Shown here: positions 63,501-64,000 of the stretch, piece after piece | Numbering within the stretch: position 1 is the first letter of the stretch | How the letters are laid out: each line of letters starts with the position of its first letter | Assembly: GCA_002633005.1 (NCBI GenBank) | Contig: NMRA01000440.1 | Location: 157,786 to 221,785, forward strand | From: Phoronis australis | Taxonomy: Eukaryota > Animalia > Phoronida | DNA: 64,000 nucleotides | Direction of reading: 5' to 3' | Notes under the pieces: model-generated | Databases searched by the model: none | Seen by the model: only the letters and a program-made list of their open reading frames with translations | Told to the model about the DNA's origin: nothing | Position numbers and translations under genes: made by a program

Positions 63501-63931
63501 GCACATCAACATATGTCTTGGGGCAAACATTACACCAATCATCCTCCTAGTCTGCACAGTAACCTAGCCAGAGAATGTTGTTGAGTTATACAGGATGTGA
63601 ACTGCTGTGTTAAAATGAATGTAGGTCACATGGTAATGGCCCATAAAACAGAAATTGTATTTTGACATTTACAAATTTATTATCAATACCACAATAAGTA
63701 GGTCATGGTAAATATGTCAAACGCTCATTAATGTAGTAGATTAGTTCAACAGCTAAAAAGACCATCTGTGCCTTCCAGTAATGGGTGCTTACCTTGTGAG
63801 TCTGTCGCTGACTACCAAGTATCTTGATACGTGCTGGTTGACAAGGTCGTTCCACCACAAACACGTTCTGTGTAACGGTGAAGTTACTGACCAAGTTATG
63901 AGCCACCAGTTGCAGAATGTATTCCCCAGGG
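3294..63931 (-). CDS. PKD1L1: Polycystin-1 family gene, PKD1L1-like (partial, 13 exons; PKD domain end + REJ module + post-REJ helical region)
   Basis: Exons 63931-63793, 63214-63023, 62853-62678, 61637-61422, 61021-60870, 60631-60446, 57360-57064, 55659-55511, 46349-46220, 45433-45316, 7315-7117, 3994-3938 and 3521-3294 all have AG/GT boundaries and matching phases, giving 2239 nt with no stop. REJ-type motifs include IISGG..R.VG, LNGSLSNDPD, YNWSC, NASPVKGRCTIFPTEG..TTFKVVCIGWQD, PLTYEVSY, LIYRGE and FSLPA. A low-complexity insert followed by SLVLKPGVLSQGRRYLVQ..G.AKVYF.IN resembles vertebrate PKD1L1 as recalled. The family call is firm; PKD1L1 orthology is inferred. Confidence 0.88.
3938..3994 (-). 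CDS. PKD1L1-like short exon
   Basis: Acceptor ctgctttcag, donor gtgtgt. Encodes YEVLQTASALLWTTAVPNE, which fills the expected 'Q.ASAL..T..P.E' motif. 57 nt, phase 0/0. Confidence 0.82.
4240..4635. repeat. 49-bp minisatellite, about 8 copies
   Basis: Unit gtggccatctgtagctatacaagtggctcacagttatcacactaacagt. Confidence 0.93.
4885..5200. repeat. Degenerate 24-bp tandem repeat
   Basis: Core aaaatgtagatggtggacggtggc is perfect in the centre and decays at the edges. Confidence 0.85.
6073..6309. mobile_element. Truncated inverted copy of the 512-885 element
   Basis: ttaa|agcctattttg...gtgctgggatct is a diverged reverse complement of about 650-885. Confidence 0.6.
7117..7315 (-). CDS. PKD1L1-like exon (post-REJ helical region)
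   Basis: Polypyrimidine tract plus actacag acceptor, donor gtatgg. Encodes YGKVFGSGSKLLAYQLQ...RRLLREALITSLAAFPYRDE. 199 nt, phase 2/0. Confidence 0.87.
8665..9157. mobile_element. Tc1/mariner-type MITE
   Basis: ta|cggttaagtcgcgcgattttcggac ... gtccgaaaatcgtgcgactttaccg|ta gives a TIR of about 25 bp and a TA TSD. Confidence 0.8.
9698..10025. other. Assembly gap (328 N)
   Basis: Run of N. Confidence 0.99.
14098..14431. mobile_element. hAT-like MITE, CAGGGCTTGGAAT family, copy 1
   Basis: TIR cagggcttggaat/attccaagccctg, 6-bp TSD atataa. Homologous to 47361-47856 and 56129-56792. Confidence 0.85.
18737..18915. repeat. 53-bp minisatellite, about 3.3 copies
   Basis: Unit ccatcaaccacatggtgggcaaccattactatgtggacaccttacaggacaca. 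Confidence 0.9.
19519..19775. repeat. Imperfect inverted repeat (arms about 90-110 bp), likely the interior of a MITE
   Basis: ttttgattattcacttagttcaa...tatgccaaattaactc pairs with gagttaatttggcataaaacttgaactaagtgaataatcaaaa. Confidence 0.75.
24872..25048. mobile_element. Short Kolobok-like deletion derivative
   Basis: TTAA on both sides. The body is a diverged reverse complement of 33049-33185. Confidence 0.65.
25338..26464. mobile_element. Probable old TA-flanked non-autonomous DNA transposon
   Basis: The tagttcgtaca motif repeats near both ends, the interior is CpG-richer, and the tacggt.../...cggta termini are weak. Confidence 0.4.
26488..26866. repeat. 49-bp minisatellite, about 8 copies, internally palindromic
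   Basis: Unit agctctaaccagcaatgcctactcagtgagtacgcgctagttagtgact. Confidence 0.93.
29488..30003. mobile_element. Possible degenerate MITE
   Basis: Inverted ends ttcccattagagg.../cctgaatgggaa and repeated aaacttcg/cgaagttt motifs. A direct repeat of about 38 bp flanks it at 29403 and 30010. Confidence 0.35.
31992..32144. repeat. 22-bp minisatellite, about 7 copies
   Basis: Unit attgagcatgtgtggtgtgatc. Confidence 0.9.
33049..34178 (+). mobile_element. Kolobok-like DNA transposon remnant carrying a THAP fragment
   Basis: Ends read ttaa|agagttcccaccatga ... tcatggtgagaacttt|ttaa. Contains an internal THAP pseudo-ORF. Confidence 0.75.
33264..33485 (+). pseudogene. Decayed THAP zinc-finger domain (transposase N-terminus)
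   Basis: MKRSVCRGCSKSNLTKNVSVFKFP, then a +1 frameshift, then KYVKVALKWHRFVHRTREWNV...AALCLAHFKESCFDQ. This matches the THAP pattern C..C..F.FP..W..LC..HF. Confidence 0.8.
34850..35168. repeat. 78-bp minisatellite, 4 copies
   Basis: Unit caacaagcaatacagtaaggctacacgtgcaaactggacagatggtataattcctattcatattccctctacatttca. Confidence 0.93.
37218..38071. mobile_element. Foldback-type MITE with long TIRs
   Basis: Outer TIR cagaattggttaaacgcacgacacttttcattg(t/c)tcacagt at both ends. Inner arms 37259-37488 and 37548-37777 are near-perfect reverse complements. The right end is followed by TA. Confidence 0.85.
39033..39205. repeat. 43-bp minisatellite, 4 copies
   Basis: Unit ttgtaccttacaaatggctcatcactcgttatcaatatcaact. 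Confidence 0.92.
40226..43087. mobile_element. PIF/Harbinger-type MITE expanded by an internal satellite
   Basis: taa|gggctgttccagcaaaaaatgtatgggagggggga ... tcccccctcccatacggattttcctggaacagtcc|taa gives an imperfect TIR of about 35 bp and a TAA TSD. Confidence 0.8.
40409..42757. repeat. 29-bp satellite array, 81 copies, two homogeneous variant blocks
   Basis: 62 x aactagctgtcatgttgaatgtcatcaag, one ...gaatgttgtcaag unit, 17 x ...tggatgttatcaag, then one terminal variant. Confidence 0.97.
44909..45228. repeat. 64-bp minisatellite, 5 copies
   Basis: Unit caggtgaacacttgtcgccaagctctctgacctaacctgcagctaatttacactggagtaccta. Confidence 0.93.
45316..45433 (-). CDS. PKD1L1-like exon (REJ C-terminal strands)
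   Basis: Acceptor ttgcttacag, donor gtgagt. Encodes VLVHLSIRDNRAASTLVCSIPVNISRVNTHRSNVSELDR. 118 nt, phase 1/2. Confidence 0.88.
45600..45771. repeat. 24-bp minisatellite, about 7 copies
   Basis: Unit aacacaatatctacta(c/t)aatcatc. Confidence 0.93.
46220..46349 (-). CDS. PKD1L1-like exon (REJ)
   Basis: Acceptor gtgttgtag, donor gtaggt. Encodes NLPLTYEVSYSTGDHLPNNLIYRGEQNEVQFSLPAASPAAISQ. 130 nt, phase 0/1. Confidence 0.92.
47361..47856. mobile_element. hAT-like MITE, CAGGGCTTGGAAT family, copy 2
   Basis: Same TIR and body as 14098-14431 with extra internal sequence. 6-bp TSD acaaat. Confidence 0.85.
48851..49159. repeat. Diverged tandem duplication of about 155 bp, rich in gatgat/gacgaa
   Basis: Two copies, each starting gagcga(a/c)acttggcgaa and ending aataggctacagtcttg. 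Confidence 0.8.
50428..50502 (-). mobile_element. tRNA-derived SINE head or tRNA pseudogene
   Basis: The minus strand has an A-box-like tggtgtactggta and a B-box ggttcgactcc at tRNA-like spacing. The acceptor stem does not pair. Confidence 0.5.
51056..51172. repeat. 117-bp near-perfect hairpin
   Basis: gttatccccc-ttatctagagccc-tc-gtggattttggag... pairs with ...ctccaaaatccac-tc-gggctctagataa-c-gggggataac. Confidence 0.85.
54449..54911. mobile_element. hAT-type MITE with perfect 8-bp TSD
   Basis: cctaggag|caggcctttatgcag ... ctggataaaggcctg|cctaggag. The subterminal ggacgccc/ggacaccc motif is repeated. Confidence 0.9.
55511..55659 (-). CDS. PKD1L1-like exon (REJ core)
   Basis: Acceptor ctcccatag, donor gtaggt. 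Encodes ASGRRGDAKVYFRINASPVKGRCTIFPTEGIEEETTFKVVCIGWQDDDK. Not in the ORF track. 149 nt, phase 1/0. Confidence 0.92.
56129..56792. mobile_element. hAT-like MITE, CAGGGCTTGGAAT family, copy 3 (more diverged)
   Basis: cagggcttggaatgacccatgac ... aattgcaagccttg, flanked by the 5-bp duplication tatct. Confidence 0.7.
56826..57052. repeat. Minisatellite of about 63 bp, about 3.5 copies
   Basis: Unit gccctgcactacttatcagcctcaccataaccccgcccatggccaccccaccccactcacatg. Confidence 0.85.
57064..57360 (-). CDS. PKD1L1-like exon (Gly-rich insert + REJ)
   Basis: Acceptor aatttcag, donor gtgagt. Encodes EIKEGGGGRGQGSG...GTGLKNKSLVLKPGVLSQGRRYLVQFTASEP. 297 nt, phase 1/1. Confidence 0.88.
59060..59356 (-). 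pseudogene. Decayed pogo-family transposase N-terminus (BrkDBD + CENP-B HTH)
   Basis: The minus strand reads FKVVEFAKLNSSSQAAKTFNIDRKRVWEWQ (Brinker-type DBD), then after a frameshift GKVKFSDIEEDLLRWLSAW*EQGVHVMG (CENP-B HTH). A pogo-like left end ta|ctgtaaacaccctaataagtgccc lies at 58272. Confidence 0.75.
59751..60010 (+). pseudogene. Decayed HIRAN-like domain ORF
   Basis: LEYQSSIHGFHLYKEIWNSVKDE*LETLHKTFNPIDKYAA, then a frameshift, then GHIPREISKTGAFFLKH..VKVTAKYRHSGEAGDLEITCTMIF. This fits the HIRAN-like pattern G.H.Y..W..GE.L..N..D..A..GH.PR.IS. Confidence 0.7.
60206..60372. repeat. Minisatellite of about 41-43 bp, 4 copies
   Basis: Core aagttgtgggataatacagtaactccacaa. Confidence 0.88.
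60446..60631 (-). CDS. PKD1L1-like exon (Thr-rich insert in REJ)
   Basis: Acceptor ctgaacag. Donor gtaggt was chosen because it gives the phase 1 required by the next exon. Encodes ANDYMKCVEPDG...TTTTAGTQVSLATTTISTTTTT. 186 nt. Confidence 0.78.
60870..61021 (-). CDS. PKD1L1-like exon (REJ)
   Basis: Acceptor ttttgatag, donor gtgagt. Encodes LSVQCVDCSDGVINSDKRLRLHSVCPDCSPYTIYDWQV. 152 nt, phase 2/1. Confidence 0.88.
61422..61637 (-). CDS. PKD1L1-like exon (REJ)
   Basis: Acceptor cactccag, donor gtaagt. Encodes YNWSCSRLGSTESCF...FVFNLTTICGERSSWSTQVITVL. 216 nt, phase 2/2. Confidence 0.9.
61734..61990. repeat. 64-bp minisatellite, 4 copies
   Basis: Unit aaggtcatatgcatggtgatcacacacagacttgtgtggtctagcataaccagtcttataatac. 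Confidence 0.95.
62678..62853 (-). CDS. PKD1L1-like exon (REJ)
   Basis: Acceptor gttgtag, donor gtattt. Encodes VKMNGTIVY...IISGGIEREVGRNDTLTLNGSLSNDPD. 176 nt, phase 0/2. Confidence 0.9.
63023..63214 (-). CDS. PKD1L1-like exon (REJ)
   Basis: Acceptor atgttcag, donor gtaaac. Encodes VLYSEVIRVEASLDIDC...LYMPARSLPYGDYILQIE. 192 nt, phase 0/0. Confidence 0.9.
63793..63931 (-). CDS. PKD1L1-like exon (end of PKD domain, start of REJ)
   Basis: Acceptor ctgttccag, donor gtaagc. Encodes PGEYILQLVAHNLVSNFTVTQNVFVVERPCQPARIKILGSQRQTHK. 139 nt. Confidence 0.9.
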
Positions 63932-64000
63932 CTGGAACAGAGCAACATTAATTAGAGCAGACCAGAGCAACCAAGTAATACTAACAGCTGGATAGTAATG

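Overview
This is AT-rich, intron-rich animal genomic DNA, probably from a marine invertebrate (the taxon is an inference). There are no prokaryotic operons, rRNA genes or CRISPR arrays. One minus-strand gene spans almost the whole window. It has 13 GT-AG exons between 63931 and 3294 that splice by hand into one uninterrupted frame of 2239 nt (about 746 codons). The frame encodes the end of a PKD domain, the REJ module and the helical region after it, in a polycystin-1 family protein that best resembles PKD1L1. The gene is incomplete at both ends. One intron is 38 kb and spans a 328-N assembly gap. The introns hold many non-autonomous DNA transposons: hAT-like with 8-bp and 5/6-bp target-site duplications (TSDs), Kolobok-like with TTAA including a decayed THAP domain, Tc1/mariner-type and PIF/Harbinger-type. 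They also hold large hairpins, a tRNA-like SINE head and many minisatellites. The most notable accessory signals are a decayed pogo transposase (BrkDBD + CENP-B HTH) head-to-head with a decayed HIRAN-like ORF, and an 81 x 29-bp two-variant satellite inside a Harbinger-type MITE. Most ORFs in the supplied track are spurious.
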